NCBI RefSeq assembly: GCF_009914755.1
Contig: NC_060944.1
Reading direction: 5' to 3' (one strand)
DNA from: the human T2T-CHM13v2.0 reference genome, Homo sapiens
DNA: 64,000 nucleotides
Positions 40,215-55,746 of the stretch are shown piece after piece. Every line of letters begins with the position of its first letter. The first letter of the stretch is position 1. The notes below the pieces were generated by a model. The model worked only from the letters and a program-made list of their open reading frames with translations, did not search any database and had not been told where the DNA came from. The translations under genes and the position numbers were made by a program.

Positions 40215-41260
40215 CTGGATAATCAGTAAAACCCCAAATCATTAAAAAGGTAAGAAATCATACCTTCACTTCATTTCACTGAGAGATGAAGGCGGGGACC
40301 CAATGTCTTCCTGAGGCCATCTGAAGACCCTGCACCCATCCTGCGCCTGCTTGGCAGCAGTTCAACACACTTGCGTATTCGGTGGGCCCGCGGTGGGCCC
40401 GCAGTTTCCCCGTGCAAAACTGAGAACTTCAACCACTTGTGCTCCGTGAAGGGCGGCTGGCACAGAGTCACCTGCAACCCTGATGAGGTGCCAAGTTGCC
40501 AAGATGACAGGAGCAGCAGCCACTGGACAGGCTGCCAAGATGACAGGAGGAGTGCGGCAATGAACCAAATGAGCCAAATGAGAGGAAAGGCCTGCGCGCG
40601 AGGCTGTGCCCAACGCCGAGGGTTCAAAAGGACCAGCCTTAAAAATTAAGTCATTCAAAGGCTAAATAATCATTTGAAAATAATCAAGAAAACTCCCTGA
40701 ACAGTGCTAGTTGCGCTTTGCTGGTCACAAACATAACCGGGGCAGTGACACAGCCACCGCCGCCTGAGCCTCACAAGGGCCTTCAAGTCTAAGACAAGAG
40801 TTTGCGATCTCTAAACATTCCAAATAACACGGAGTTCTTTCCAAATAACACGGAGTACAAACATGAGACAACTCTGAGAGCCGGGTCTTAAATGAAGACC
40901 ACAGCCTTGCCCCGAACCCGCCTCCCACTCCTACCTGCCTGCAAGTCTACGCTCTACAAACTCCACCGGGTGGTTACCAACTCTTCTCACAAGACAGCAG
41001 GGTGTGTCCTGAAGTCTTATGCCCCCCGTACACTGCCATTGTCAGCATTTGCTTTACTGCACTTGTGTTAATTAACCCCTCAGCTAACGGGCAGAGAAGG
41101 GAAAACTGGTGGGAAGGTGGAAGACAAAGGTCAAGGCGACACCACGTGTGCGCCCCCCTACACCTGCCACCCCCACACGGTCTACAAACCAACAGTTCTG
41201 CGACAAACGCTCTCACGCCTGTGCGTCCACTGCCTGGGCGGCTGGTCCTGGTCCACTCAC

Positions 41261-41473
41261 CTGAGCACCGCATTTCGGAAGACTGGGCTTCTCTGGCTTC
41301 ATCTTCATCTTTTCTTTAGGCTTTGGCTTCTGTTCTTTACCTGAGCTTAGAAACTTCATTGTCGCTGCGGCGTGTTTGAGGATACAGTCATTACTGCAGT
41401 ACACCGAGTCGGGCTGCGCCACGTGACAGCACCCGGGGCCAATACATTTTGAGGCACCAGGCGCCTCTATCAC
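41261..41473 (-). CDS. DIDO1: DIDO1 exon 5 (Cys-rich Zn-binding module)
   Basis: cag|GTG...CAG|gtgagt, 213 nt; CIGPGCCHVAQPDSVYCSNDCILKHA. Confidence 0.97.
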
Positions 41474-41994
41474 CTGCAGAACAAAACAGATGACTTCAAA
41501 CAATGTACTTGCCAATTTTAAGCAGTTAAGTGTGTGTTTTGTAAAATCACCATTTATAGTACCAAGGCCACAGTTTCAAAATGAGATACTAACAGTACTT
41601 TTAATATGAATAAACATTTTGTTGATTCAAGCTATGAAAAAGCCAGGTAAGGCATTCACACTGTCACTGCCCGTCATGCCCTGCAGGGGGCAGGAGTGTG
41701 AGGAGACCCCTGGACTGCCGCCCTCTGCTCTGTGCACCCCTCTCGAGGGTGGGCGGGGCCCACGGGACCTCACATCCACGATGAGGCTCCGCTAGAGGAC
41801 CCACATGCAGGGCTTCTTCAGATGTAATTAAGGATCTAACTGGGATGACTGCAAGTCAAATGGGTCCGGCTAAATCAGGTAAAAACCCTTAAAAAAGGAA
41901 CTGGGTCTTTCATGAAGAGAGAAGACTTCATAGCTGGTTTTGAAGTAAGCTTCCCTGCTTTGAGAGGATTAGCTGTGGCTAGGATCTGAGGGCA

Positions 41995-42410
<416 letters not shown>

Positions 42411-42764
42411 TAAAAAACAGCGTGAGGGCTTCTGGAAGGGAATCCCCTGCCAAGCCTCTGGAGACCACAGCCCCCGCTGCACCGTGACTGCAGTCCTGTG
42501 AGACCTGAGCAGCAGGTCCAGGCTTCCCATGGAAATGGAGGCATAAATGTGAGCTCCTTCAAGCCAGGACTGCAGTAACTCATCGTGCAGCAGGAGGAAA
42601 CTCACGCACCACAAACAGCTTGACCACTGCTGTTTACAAAGTCTGTCTCGATGATCAGGCCTCAACACACACGAACATGTCCCTCACACATACTTAAGCG
42701 AAACCTTATTTCTCAAATTAAATATTTAACATAATCAGTTTTCCTCCACAGAATCTAAGTTTTA

Positions 42765-42982
<218 letters not shown>

Positions 42983-43164
42983 AGAATCAATATATTTAAA
43001 AAATAAAGACATAAAGCCAATGACTTTTCTCATGAATTCCCATCTCCATTCATCTCTGAATGCCCAGATGTGGCCTCTGATAGCAGCGCAGCATGAGCCT
43101 TCAGCCCCTCCTGCCTCCAAGGGCACGCTCCCAGGTGCACGGCCCAGCCTTCGGACATCCTCAC

Positions 43165-43272
43165 CTTGCAGCTAATGCAGTGCAAGAGTGTGAAGGCAGA
43201 GATGCTTCTAGACACAGCAATTTCCAATACCTGCCAGAGGACAGGCAGCTGGGTGGGGACAGGCCCGGGACC
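43165..43272 (-). CDS. DIDO1: Candidate in-frame cassette exon (36 aa) between DIDO1 exons 4 and 5
   Basis: ctccag|GGT...AAG|gtgagg, 108 nt, phase 0/0, no stop codon. Confidence 0.55.
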
Positions 43273-43812
43273 CTGGAGGGACCAGAGTGAAAACACGCCA
43301 AGTCACACCTGCCCTGTGGGGACTGGAATGGAGACTGCAAACACAAGACAGCAGCAGAAGCTGACAGCATGTGGGAAATGTCATAAACATCAGGGGGAGA
43401 GAATTAAGTGTCAACACAGCTGCAAGACAGAGAAACCACTCTCAACACAAGCACCCCGAGGAGCCAGCACCAGAACCACGAGGCAGCTGGAGACAGCAGG
43501 TGACACAGGAGCACCGCCACTCCCATCGTTCAGAAACAATTCCTTTCTGCTAATGCATACAAAGCATGTAAGCAACACCCAAATCCTCAAAGATGGGCTG
43601 ATTTCAACAATTAAGTCATTAATAGTAGAGGAGGTAGACAGGGTAAGAATAAAAATAGAAAGGCCTCACCCAGGTGGAGTGAGGCAGGAACCCGGGAGAG
43701 GCACCGCCCCACATGGGTGCAGCACCCGTCCTGGGAGGAATTTCTATCTAGAGCGAGACTGAAACCAGTGAGGCCGACTGCTGAATGCTCGTCTCAGCGG
43801 ACAAACACTTAC

Positions 43813-44134
43813 AGGCTGGAAGATCTTGAGTTTCTTCTTGCCACTTGGATTTGCAGCTTTCTCAATTCTACCCTTTATCCCTTGGTCTTCGCTAGACTTC
43901 TGCTCTATTGTTCCTATACTTGTACAATCGGTGCCATCAGCATCTCCAGGTCTCCATTTAGCTTCCTGCTGATCTGCCGTTTCTGAATGAGTCTCATCCT
44001 GCACTTGCAGAATGGTGCAGTTTGGGCAGATATAGTCTTCCCCATTCCTTTCCAAAAGCCTCCCTCGAGCCTCAGAAATGCCCACACAATCGCCATGAAA
44101 CCATTCTTCACAGCGGTCACAGCAAATCATAAAC
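43813..44134 (-). CDS. DIDO1: DIDO1 exon 4 (PHD finger C-terminal part)
   Basis: cag|GTT...CCT|gtaagt, 322 nt; FMICCDRCEEWFHGDCVG...YICPNC. Confidence 0.98.
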
Positions 44135-44887
44135 CTGAAATTATAAAATAACGGTATTAGCAATGGGACGTGAGTGACAAGCACTTTTCAACACATTAAT
44201 AAGACAATTGGTTTTAACTTCATGAAAAAATGCAAATATACAGAAAAGTAGAGATTAAGAACGTCCTCATGCCTTTCCTTTGATTTTAACATTCAACCAA
44301 ATTTACTTCACCGTTTTTTAAGAGTAGCGCATTTTAGGAGCAAACTCTAAGGCATTCCACCACAGATACCTCAGCAAGTCTCCCCCCAAAACTGCGACAA
44401 TGCCTTTATCCCAGCGCCAAGCCAACAGGCTGCCTATCACCGTCTGACACCCAGTCCTAGCAGAGATCTTTTGAGCTGCCCCAATGTTTGCACTAGGACA
44501 CTTGCGGTCTGCACATGCCCCTCTGCTATGTCTCCCAAGGGGCAGTCTAGAGGAGCAGTCTCAGACAGACCCCGGAGTGACGGACACATTCTCCTCCATG
44601 CCGTCTACACAGAGCCACTGGCTGCACGTGGCTCACGTGACTGGGGTGGGGCGCTATTCACCTCCTCACTTGACTGGAAACAGCCATGTGTGGCCAGTGG
44701 CTACCAGAGTGGAGAGGTGGCTCTAGGAAGTCCTTAGCCACTCTTATGTGTTTCTTTTTTGACAACTTGTTCATCTTTTCCAACAAATCGCTCATCCAGC
44801 CCAGCTTTGTAACCCTTTAAAATGAAAACAAATGGAAAATTCTGTTTGCAACCCTGGGATTTCTGTGGGTGCCCACACATGACCCAC

Positions 44888-45726
44888 CTGTTGTTGTGAG
44901 GCTGGCGGCAAATGCAATACAGGGCGTTGGGGTCGTAACCCTCACATTCAGGCTTCGGTCGGCCCAAGTCTCCAGGCTCCTCATCTTTGATGTCCTGAGC
45001 CGCCTTTCCCTCCAACTTACTCTCTCTGTCATCTTTCCCAGCCTGGGACACAACCCCCTGATCGTTCTCGGGCTCCTGCTTACTGGGCAGGACGCCCTCC
45101 ACAGTGTCACTGGCCTCGGAGCCCACAGTCTCGGCGGGACCCTCCTCCCGGCGCTTCTTCCGCAGGCGACTCTGGATCCCTTTCAGGGGCCTCTCAGTGG
45201 GCTCCTGTTCCCGCTTCCTGCGAAGGCGATTCTGAAGCTCTTTCAAGGTCAGGCCATCGCTGTCACTATCGGAGGTGTCATCGTGGTCATCCCCTCCTTT
45301 CACCTTTTCAGAAGAGGCTGGTCGTTCCTTCACAGCTGTGGAAGCAGACTGGGGGCCGCTTCTGGTCTCAGAAGCGCTTTCCACGCTGCCCTCGGAGGCT
45401 GTCTCGGCGTCTGTGGCGGGGCAGGACGTGGGCTCACCAGAATCCTCCAGGGAGACAGGCATGCTCCTCCTGCCGCGGCGCCGCGCAATGGTCAGGAACT
45501 GCTCCACGCGCTCAGTGCGCTTGGGCTGCCTCCCACTGCGCCGCAGGGACAGGCCCAGCTGCTGCTGTGGGGGTGGCGGCTCCAGTGGGTCAGCCTCCGC
45601 GTCCCCTGCGCCCTCTCGCTTGGCGATAGTGGTCCTTCGAAAACCCCATGTTTTCCTGAACTCTTTGCTGGTGGGTTTGATGGCCTTAGGTGCCTCCTCA
45701 TTGCTCGGGTCGCCTTTGTCGTCCAT
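44888..45726 (-). CDS. DIDO1: DIDO1 first coding exon (exon 3; exon begins at 45728)
   Basis: tag|GT ATG GAC GAC AAA (MDDKGDPSNEEAPK); ends LYCICRQPHNN, CAG|gtgggt; 839 coding nt. Confidence 0.98.
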
Positions 45727-46239
45727 ACCTAGCGGTAAAGTGTAAGCACATAGTGACCAACTGACCACAGAACAAAAGGTGACATTGCCGCCAAACACGC
45801 GCAGCAGGGGCCACCTCCCTACAAACAGTGGAGCTCTACATAAAGCAAGTCCTTCTGACCAGTGTTTCCTAATGTGTGCTATGTGAGATGATTCAAGATG
45901 ATTTGTAAAGATAATTTTAATATAGTTAAACAACTAACGTTTAGACAAAAATACAGCTAACAAATCAAATGTACAATTTCATCATTTAACTGCTCAGGAC
46001 AAGGCTTCACAAGCCAGACAGTAGGGACAAATAGGAAATATTGGACAGTATAGCAGGGTAAGGATGTGAGTAAGGACGTGAGCAAGGACGCGAGCAGCTC
46101 GGAGGTGGCACGAGCTCCCCAGCACCTCCGCAGGCAGATGGGCTGCTCTGACCACAAGCACAGTGAACAAGACGCTGTGCCAGTTTGGGTGTGGCCTGCA
46201 AAGGGACCCAAGTCTGTTCTGGACTTTTGCAAGTATGGG

Positions 46240-46501
46240 CTGGCCACCACCATGCTGAAAAGAGGATATGAAGAAGCTGAGTCCCGACTTTCAGCTCCCC
46301 AACCAGGGGCTGGGGCCAGGAAGGATGCTATCACTATCTGGGACCCTCCATACCAGCCCTGCTGCCAAGTGAATGACCCTCACGGGCACAATGTGAGAGA
46401 ACTGCCTAACTCCTGACCCAACAGATTGTGTGGTATGAAATAAACCTTGTTTTAGTCTACTGAGCTTTGGAGATATTGTTAGCAGCAAGACAACTGGGAC
46501 A
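46240..46501 (+). mobile_element. MLT1 (H/J-like) LTR 3' fragment
   Basis: TCCTGACCCAACAGATTGTG...AATAAA...TTGTTTTA...TTTGGAGA..TTGTTAGCAGCAA...AACTGGGACA. Confidence 0.6.
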
Positions 46502-46543
46502 CTTAGAAAACATGGTCAAGGCGATCACTTTAAGGTATATTTC

Positions 46544-46610
46544 TTTTTTTTTTTTTTTGAGACGGAGTCTTGCTCTGTCCCCAGGCTGGAGTTAGCCACT
46601 GTGCCAGGCC
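46544..46610 (-). mobile_element. Collapsed Alu retaining only its two ends
   Basis: T-tail plus ~33 bp of the 3' end fused to the 5'-most ~17 bp; GTATATTT flanks both sides. Confidence 0.75.
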
Positions 46611-46763
46611 AGTATATTTTTTTTTCTGTATTATTTTTCACTTTCATTCTAATACATTACTAAAGAATCTTATTTATGAAACTTTTACTCTTGTTGAAAT
46701 GACAAAAATCTGAAAAAGACAGTAGATACTTTGAGAATTCTTTTCCAAGCTGTCCAAGCTTTA

Positions 46764-47237
<474 letters not shown>

Positions 47238-47974
47238 TCATTTTCCTGTCCAGCTAAAGATGCTGCCTGGCCGTGGCCTCCACGCTCTGTAAACATGACC
47301 CACACCCCCCAGGGCACTCCACGGAAGCCTTGGAGATAAGGGACACATCACTTCTATGCTCACCTGAAGTGACCCCATTGTTAAAGGACACAGCTCAACT
47401 CAATCAGGGCACCAGCAGCGACTCCAAGTCAGGGTGCAAACTCTGGAGGCTGCTGTGTGAGGGGGGCACTAGAGATGGTGGTAAACAGAAAGGGGGGCTT
47501 CCTTCACCAGCCAGGTGACCCCAGGCAAGTCACAAGGAACCGCTCTGATCCAGGAGGCAATGCTGACCTCAAAGATTAAGGGCAAAGCAGAGAATGCTGC
47601 TTACAAATATATATGGTAGAGCAATTATTAAACCACATCAGTTAAAATGGTTTATTCGTTCTCATTGGAAATTTTACATTTAGAAGAAGTTTTCTGCTTG
47701 TGCAAGCCAAAATATTTGCAAGAAATATGACTGTCATCTCAAAAGAGGGTCAAGCTCTCGTTTTCATGCAACACTTGGAGTTTCTAGTAAAGATGTAGTC
47801 TGAGGGGCTCGCACTAGCCTTTGCCCAGAAGGGCACAAAGTTGCAGTCGCCTCTGCCTCTGGGGGCCTATGAAGCTCCAACCCAGCTGAAAAGGGCTGCT
47901 GCATCCATGCTGGTAGCTTTCTACAGGAAGAGCTCTAGTTTATAAAACTGGGTTCTCATTAAAGAGAGAACAGG

Positions 47975-48190
47975 CTATTTGCACATGACCTATGCAAAAC
48001 CTCTCAAATATTTAGATCATCTCTAGATTACATCATAGAAACAGTTGCTGTACTACACTGTTTTATAACATTTTTATTATTTTTTATTGTCAGATTATTA
48101 TTTATTGTTTGTCCCCCAAATATTTCCAATCTGCAGCTGGTTGAATCCACAGATGCAGAATCTGCTGCTATAGAGACTGCTGATACAAAT
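47975..48190 (+). mobile_element. MER2-like TcMar-Tigger fragment
   Basis: TATTTGCACATGACCTATGCA...ATCATCTCTAGATTAC...GGTTGAATCCACAGATGCAGAA. Confidence 0.7.
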
Positions 48191-48323
48191 GGCTGAATGT
48201 ATTTCAAATGAATACGAATACTACATTCTACTATCAGTTTCTTTACAAATGCCACTTTATAAATAGCAAATACAGACTTATTAAGTTAAAATTTTGTTGC
48301 TACTAACAGTGTTGATACCTTAC

Positions 48324-48520
48324 CTGCTCCAACACTGAAAGCTTGGACACTTTTCCCTGAAATCCTAAATACAACCAAAAACCCTGGCAGACGAAACCTC
48401 TGGGTCCAAGCAGACAGCCAGGCTCACAACAACACTGTTGTCAGCCACTGTTCACGAGTAACAGGCTTCGTATTTTCAACAACTCAGATTATCTAGAGGC
48501 TGTTCCCGTGGAGTAAGCTC
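48324..48520 (-). other. DIDO1: DIDO1 non-coding exon 2 (5'UTR, 197 nt)
   Basis: Strong acceptor attttcttattttcttttag|GAG and donor CAG|gtaagg; no ATG in the exon. Confidence 0.85.
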
Positions 48521-49307
48521 CTAAAAGAAAATAAGAAAATATTTTACATATCTTAAGTAAACTACGTATCGACAACAATTAAAAGGGAGTACCGAACTTC
48601 TCAAGTAACCTATTATTTGAGTGATACTGTGTGACCCACAAAGACAGCTTGGGGGTTGAAAACCAGCACGCAAGCAGTGTCCTTAAGGACCTCTACCCAG
48701 GACAGCAGATGCTACCAACCCCCAAGAGAAAGGGGCCGGGGCAGCGCAGGAAGGAGTGGAGTCCCAGGCTTGCCCCAGGGAGGCAGGCAGAGGCCCAGCC
48801 AGACCAGGGCCAGAGAGGAGTCGCCAAGCATCAGCTTCTTTTCCATTTGGAGCCTATGTCCGAGATGGACCCCACTCAATAAAATCCACCACAAAACAGA
48901 GGAACAAGAACAAAAAGTGAAAAGGCTGAACATCGAAATTATATAAGAATGTAATAATTGAAAATTCTTAATAATGTATCTGAATTATTTTAATTAAAAA
49001 CAAGAAAAATTTTAGAATACTAATGTTTGTGACGTACTAAAATCAACACGATACAGTTCACCACGTGTGTTTAAGAAACAATTCTCTTGTATCCTCTCTC
49101 AACCAGTCACATCACAACACTCAAAGGTTCCAGGTGCCGAGTTTCTAGCTAGGTCCTTGCCCCAAAGCCGACACTTCCAAACTGAGCCCCAGCTCTCACC
49201 TCTTCCTCAGCCTCAAGACCAACTGCCTTCCCTCTGTGGTCTCCCTGGCAACCTCAGAACAAAGGGACAAACATTCCAACTCCCCTCCTTTTAAAGGGAC
49301 AGTGACA

Positions 49308-49435
49308 ACTGGGCATAGTGTTTCGCATCTGTGATCCCAGCTGCTTGGGAGGACTGCTTGAGCCCAGGAGTTCAACACCAGCCCAGGCAACGTGTCACCA
49401 TGTAGACACCCCGTCTCTACAAAAAATAAAAATAA
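49308..49435 (+). mobile_element. Alu monomer (FLAM-like)
   Basis: GGAGGACTGCTTGAGCCCAGGAGTTCAA...CCCCGTCTCTACAAAAAA. Confidence 0.8.
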
Positions 49436-49599
49436 GACAGGCATTCCCTCTGATAAGCCAAACGGCATCGTCATAGTCACCATCTCTTCAATGTGGTAAA
49501 ACTATCATCCTCAAAACAATTACTTCAAGAATTCAGAAACGACTGCTCAGAAAACACTGGAAATAAACTTTTATATTTTGCAACACTGAGCATTTAATT

Positions 49600-49906
49600 T
49601 ATTTTACTTTACTTTTTAAAGAGTTGGCATCTTGCTTTGTTGCCCAGGCTGGAGTGCAGTGGCCCAATCATGGCTCACTACAGTCTCAAACTCCGGGGCT
49701 CAAGTGATCCTCCTGGCTTAGCCTCATGAGCAACTGGGACTACAGATGCGTGCCACTATGCCCAGCTAATTTTTGAAAAAAATTCTTTTAGAGACAGGGT
49801 TTTGCTATGTTATCCAGGCTGGTCTTGAACTGCTGGCCTCAAGCAATCCTCCTGCCTCAGCCTCCAGAGTTTTGGGGAGTACATGAACGAGCCACCATGC
49901 CCAGCC
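49600..49906 (-). mobile_element. Alu (AluJ-like)
   Basis: TSD AACACTGA(G/A)CATTT at 49582-49595 and 49907-49920. Confidence 0.92.
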
Positions 49907-50534
49907 AACACTGAACATTTATAAAAGCAAAGAAATTAAGAAGTTCTCGGGAACGAAAACTGATTTTTAAAAATTCAATTTATGTTAATCTGCGAATAAA
50001 CACGCTACTAGATTTGAGTTCTGAGTAATCAGAAAAATGTAGTTATTTCTGTTAAGTAGAATTCAATGAAGGATATACCTTCGGAAAAGATCAGATCACT
50101 TTATATTTACAAAACTGATTTCATAATGTCTTCAACAGAGAAAATTTACTATAACATTTCAGTCAGCTTGTAAAATAAAAACATATGTATATCAAGGCAC
50201 AAGCAAAAAAACCTGTTCTAACACAACTTTTTGTGTGTATAATTAGTGTGTAATTCTACACACTACACAGCCCATCACAGGGGGAATGTGTTCATAAAAC
50301 TGCAACCATATTGTATCAGTAACAACTTTTCCCCAGAAAGAAAAATGTGGGTATCCTTGAAGCTGGGAAGTGAACAAACTACAGGTTAAAACAGAATGTA
50401 CCAAATTTAATATTTCCACATTTCTAAGCACATTTTTTTCCCCAGCTGAAAACTGCTTCATTTTCTATTGACTAGAAGCAGCTGATGAGCGGCGATTCAA
50501 GCAGAGGACACACACTGACTTCCAAATGCTTGAA

Positions 50535-52071
50535 TGGCGGCTCTCAAACCTTTTGTCTCAAGACACTTTTACAAGTTGAGAACACCAAAGAGCTTTTGTT
50601 TATGTGGAATGTATTGCTATTTTCAAAATTCTAAGTATGTATTAAAAATAAACCTATTAATACATTAATAGTATCTTTAAATGAAAGTTATTTCTAAAAC
50701 AAACAAAAATGAACAGGAAGAGTGGCCCTGTTGTACATTTTTGCAAATTTCTGGCATAACCGAAGACAGCTCCATGTTCATGTCTACTTCTGCCCTCAAT
50801 CTGTTCCCATAGAGTGTTTCAGCTAAAACATGTCATCAAAATCTTGCCTCACACAGATAGGTCTTTAGAATGGAGTATTGTAACCATCTTCACATAACTG
50901 GATGTTCACTGATACTACACCAACTCTCGCCAAGGAGCAGTTTCATAAAAGTTAGCTGAAACAGAATTTGCAGCCTTTGTCAAGGAACTTCTCCCTTTCT
51001 TTCATGAAAACTGACTGCTGTGTTCACTCTGAACACGTCCTTGCACTCTGGACCCATGTGCATGCTGTTCACCTGGATGACACGGGTTCAAGTAACAGAC
51101 AGATTCTCAATGTCCACACATCTCATCGGATAGCATAAAACAAACATTTTTTTTCCTGTTGCCCAGGATGGAGTGCAGTGGTGCAATCAAGGATCACTGC
51201 AGCCTCAGCACCTCCCCCACCCACACCACCGCCAGGCTCAAAGCGGTCTTCCCACCTCACCCTCCCCAGTAGCTGGGACTACAGGTGCATGCCACCATGC
51301 CCAGGTAATTTTTGCATTTTTTTTTGTAGAGACAGGGTCTTACTATGTTGCCCAAGCTGGTCTCAAACTCCTGGGATCAAGTGATCTACCCACCTCCGCC
51401 TTCCAAAGTGCTGGGATTACAAGTGTGAGTCACCTCACCTGGCCGATAATGTCGGGTCCAATCTCCAAGAAGACTTTAATTACTAGAAAGCCATCAGGTT
51501 TACAATGGCAGATACAAGTTTTCTAAAATTCCAATTTTCACCCCAAAGCTCAAATTTTATCCTTAGCAACAAATACTGTTCGTTTTTTCTTTGAGACATC
51601 ACTCGTTTTGGACAAAACGCCTGCCACATGCTGAGTCTGAAAACTGTCCTCCGTCTGTTGTTCTGTCAGGGACAGACAGCGTTTCCGAGACCACTCGGCT
51701 CCCAGCTCAATCCCCTAGGGCTGTGCGTGGACAGTACCACGTGGGGATGCAGCAGAAGCTTTATATATAACTTGACATTTAATCACAGCGAAAGTAAAAA
51801 AGATGTATGTTTGCGGGTTCCGAAAAAAATTAATATTTACTGCATCATCAGGGACATTATTTGGGAAAATTGGCATATTCTAAACATTCGGTGCCCATGC
51901 ACGGTGCTGAAGAGGGCTCCAATCTGCCCTGTGCCACCGATGCAAATGTCAAACTCACCAGAAAAGGCCTGTACTATTAGACTATTATTATGCAGAAGTC
52001 ATCTTTACCTCTTAGCCCCAGAAAGGGCTTCAAGGACTTCCCCCTCAGGAGTCCATGAAACACAAAGAACT
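50535..52071 (+). mobile_element. hAT-Charlie1-type DNA transposon (Charlie1a-like) interrupted by an Alu at 51147-51443
   Basis: 5' end GCGGCTCTCAAACCTTTTGTCTCA...CCAAAGAGCTTTTGTTTATGTGG and 3' end GAAAGGG...CAGGAGTCC...AGAACTG resemble Charlie1 termini. Confidence 0.7.
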
Positions 52072-53379
52072 GTGGCAACATGCCATTTCTACCAGTTTAG
52101 GAGTACACTGGATATGTGCAAAGCAGTAATACATACCTATGCTTCAGACATCAGAAGAGACTTTAAACATTTCCTTCCACAAGGGTTCTGTAACTACCTG
52201 TTAATCTTCCCTCAGATTCCCCAACTCACCAAAACAGTAAGCAGCCAAAAGTGAAATTTCTTAAAAACCAAATAAAAATATCTTCCCAAAAGGTCAGCTC
52301 TGTTACTTTAAAAAGCCTAACTGCAACTATTACAATGCATGGGTTTGCAACCACTGCAAATCTGTATGCTCAACTTTTACTACTCTAAAATCTGCTTGAA
52401 GTCATTAACTCAAGCGTGCCCACTTCCAGGTTGTGGTACAGCTGCATGATCAGGGCTCACTGCAGCCTCTACCTCATAGGTTCAAACGATCCTTCTGCCT
52501 CAACCTGAGTAGCTGGGACACCACTGGCGTGAGCCACAGTGCCCAGCTCCCACCTAAAGATTTTCAGTTCCAAAAACTTGAGACTAGTTTCTGAGTAATT
52601 AATCTCCAAGACACTTTAAAATATGACATACAACCATAATTAAGTTTCTATTTTCATAACATCGCACCTCCAGGAAAAGAGCTCTGACTTCTAAGCAAAA
52701 AGATAAAACAAAAATGCATAGTTTACCTCACCTAGTGGCAAACATTCTGTTTCTTCAAACCTCACATTCCCCTGAAACAATATTCAAAACAATTTTAACC
52801 CGCCAGTCAGAAATTATAATGCTACAATAAAACCTCACTATTCTAAACTTCATTATTTTCGCTAATTCTGACAGGGTAGGCCAAAGTTTACATTTATTTA
52901 TATTTTGCCTATTAAGGGTCTCCTGGCTCATCAATCTGTTTATTATGCAGATGAGGAGCAACTGAGAAGACACTAGGTAAAAGATCTTTAAACTACCACA
53001 AATGAAGGAAAGATTACCCAATGAAAGACTCTTGATAGCTCAGTTTTCATTAATGCGACAGTCACTAGGAGAATATGCCTAGAAACTTCAGATGACATCC
53101 CCAAATGCGACGTGTTCTCCAGCCACCAGCAGCAGCCGTTCATGTACCATGATGGCCCACTCAAAGCTCCACCAGCTTGCGGCAGGAAACACTGTGCTGC
53201 ACTCACCAAACAGGAAAGAGATTTGGGCCCACAAGGAACTGAAGAAGCCCAACTTTCATTTACTTTAGTATCTATGCAGAATCTGACTCAATTGCATAGA
53301 TTACATTTAAATCCTTCAGACGGCAAATTCAAAGTTTTGCTGCTTACCAAATAATACCGTCATTACAAAAATTATTCTG

Positions 53380-53672
<293 letters not shown>

Positions 53673-54723
53673 GCAGCAAGGGTGCCACAACACAGTATGT
53701 TTCTCACAAAGAAAATGTAGAGAAAAATCCAGAAACAACCTATTGTTGTTTTACATTTCTTGGGTATTTGTGTTTTTATAGATACGCGGAGACAAAAAGC
53801 AAAACTTGTTACTGAAAAACCTGCTGAGGACTAATGCTTTGGCCAGCCCCCGGCTACAGCCGGGCCGCCAAGCTCCCCATGTGAGCTTGCAACAATCCTG
53901 CCATTTCCCTCTATCTACTTCCTAGTGCAAAACACAGGCTGGTGACCTTGGTGGGCAACTCAGGTGGGAAATTTCAACTCTCCAAATGAATGCCAGGAAC
54001 CAGAAACAGTCACATAAAATCATTTATCGAGGTGAAGGAGAAGTGAGGTTTATTGTTCTCTATTTAATGGCTGGACATAAAGTCTCCTAAACCACTACCT
54101 TTGATGGACTCCTCTTGTCTCAGTAAAAAAGAAAGTATGGTTTCAAACACTTAAGATACGGTCCCAATTCTACATACCAGGATTCCTGTTGCTCTTAATA
54201 AAAGATTACCACTTGGGCCCTGGTGAGGACCACAATGCACAGGTTCTTATCCCCATGAAGAAATCCACCTCGTGCCGCAAGTGTGGCAGTGTGAGCTCCC
54301 CGGGTACCATGTGAGTGGGGTGCGCTGCGGGAGGTCATCCCAGCAGGGTACTGTGGGGGCTGCTTCCCCTCAAGGGCATCTGTTTATTACAGGTTTAAAT
54401 CACTGTTCCTTTATGTTCTCCTCGGTCCACACCCTTAGAGACCTGCATAATTCCATGGCCCCAAGCACAGCCTACTCTTGCCTCCCCCCAACCCCCGATT
54501 TTCACTGCTGCAAAGGATTCAGCAAGGGGCTGTGTAGGGCACTTTGAGGGAGAGGTGTGTACTGGAACAGCTTTACCGGTGACAGCGCATCAGATTGATT
54601 CCACACTTGCCCCAAGGGGCAAGCACATGGTTGAGCCACTAAAAATTGTTCAAAGACACAGCTTATCTTCCTAAAAGTAATCAATTTCCCCAAGTGTTTA
54701 GAGCTATTTTACAACTCTTAGAG

Positions 54724-55470
<747 letters not shown>

Positions 55471-55746
55471 ACACAGCAGCGCCTTCCACTGCTGGAGCCT
55501 GAAAGGCTGCTCCCCGAGGCCATTCCGGTTCAGTCAGGATCCTAGTGGCAGTGACAGGTACTGCTTTAGCATTCACTTTTTCCAGACACCCTGTCTACTC
55601 TCATTCAGTTTCATGTGATTACTGACCAGGCAGGGATTGCCAAGTGAGATGATGGCCACCCTAAGTTCAGGTGGAGAGAATGGGGTTTCTTCTTTAAAAA
55701 CCCTTCTCTCACAAGAATTTGCTTCTCAAATTGGAGCTGCAGCCAA

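Noticed and set aside
44734-45933. 399-aa ORF extending exon 3 on both sides
   Set aside because: The extensions are intronic: a canonical acceptor lies 2 nt before the ATG at 45726 and a donor at 44888.
51628-52254. 208-aa ATG ORF
   Set aside because: Lies largely within a decayed Charlie1-type transposon; no intact transposase motifs are visible.
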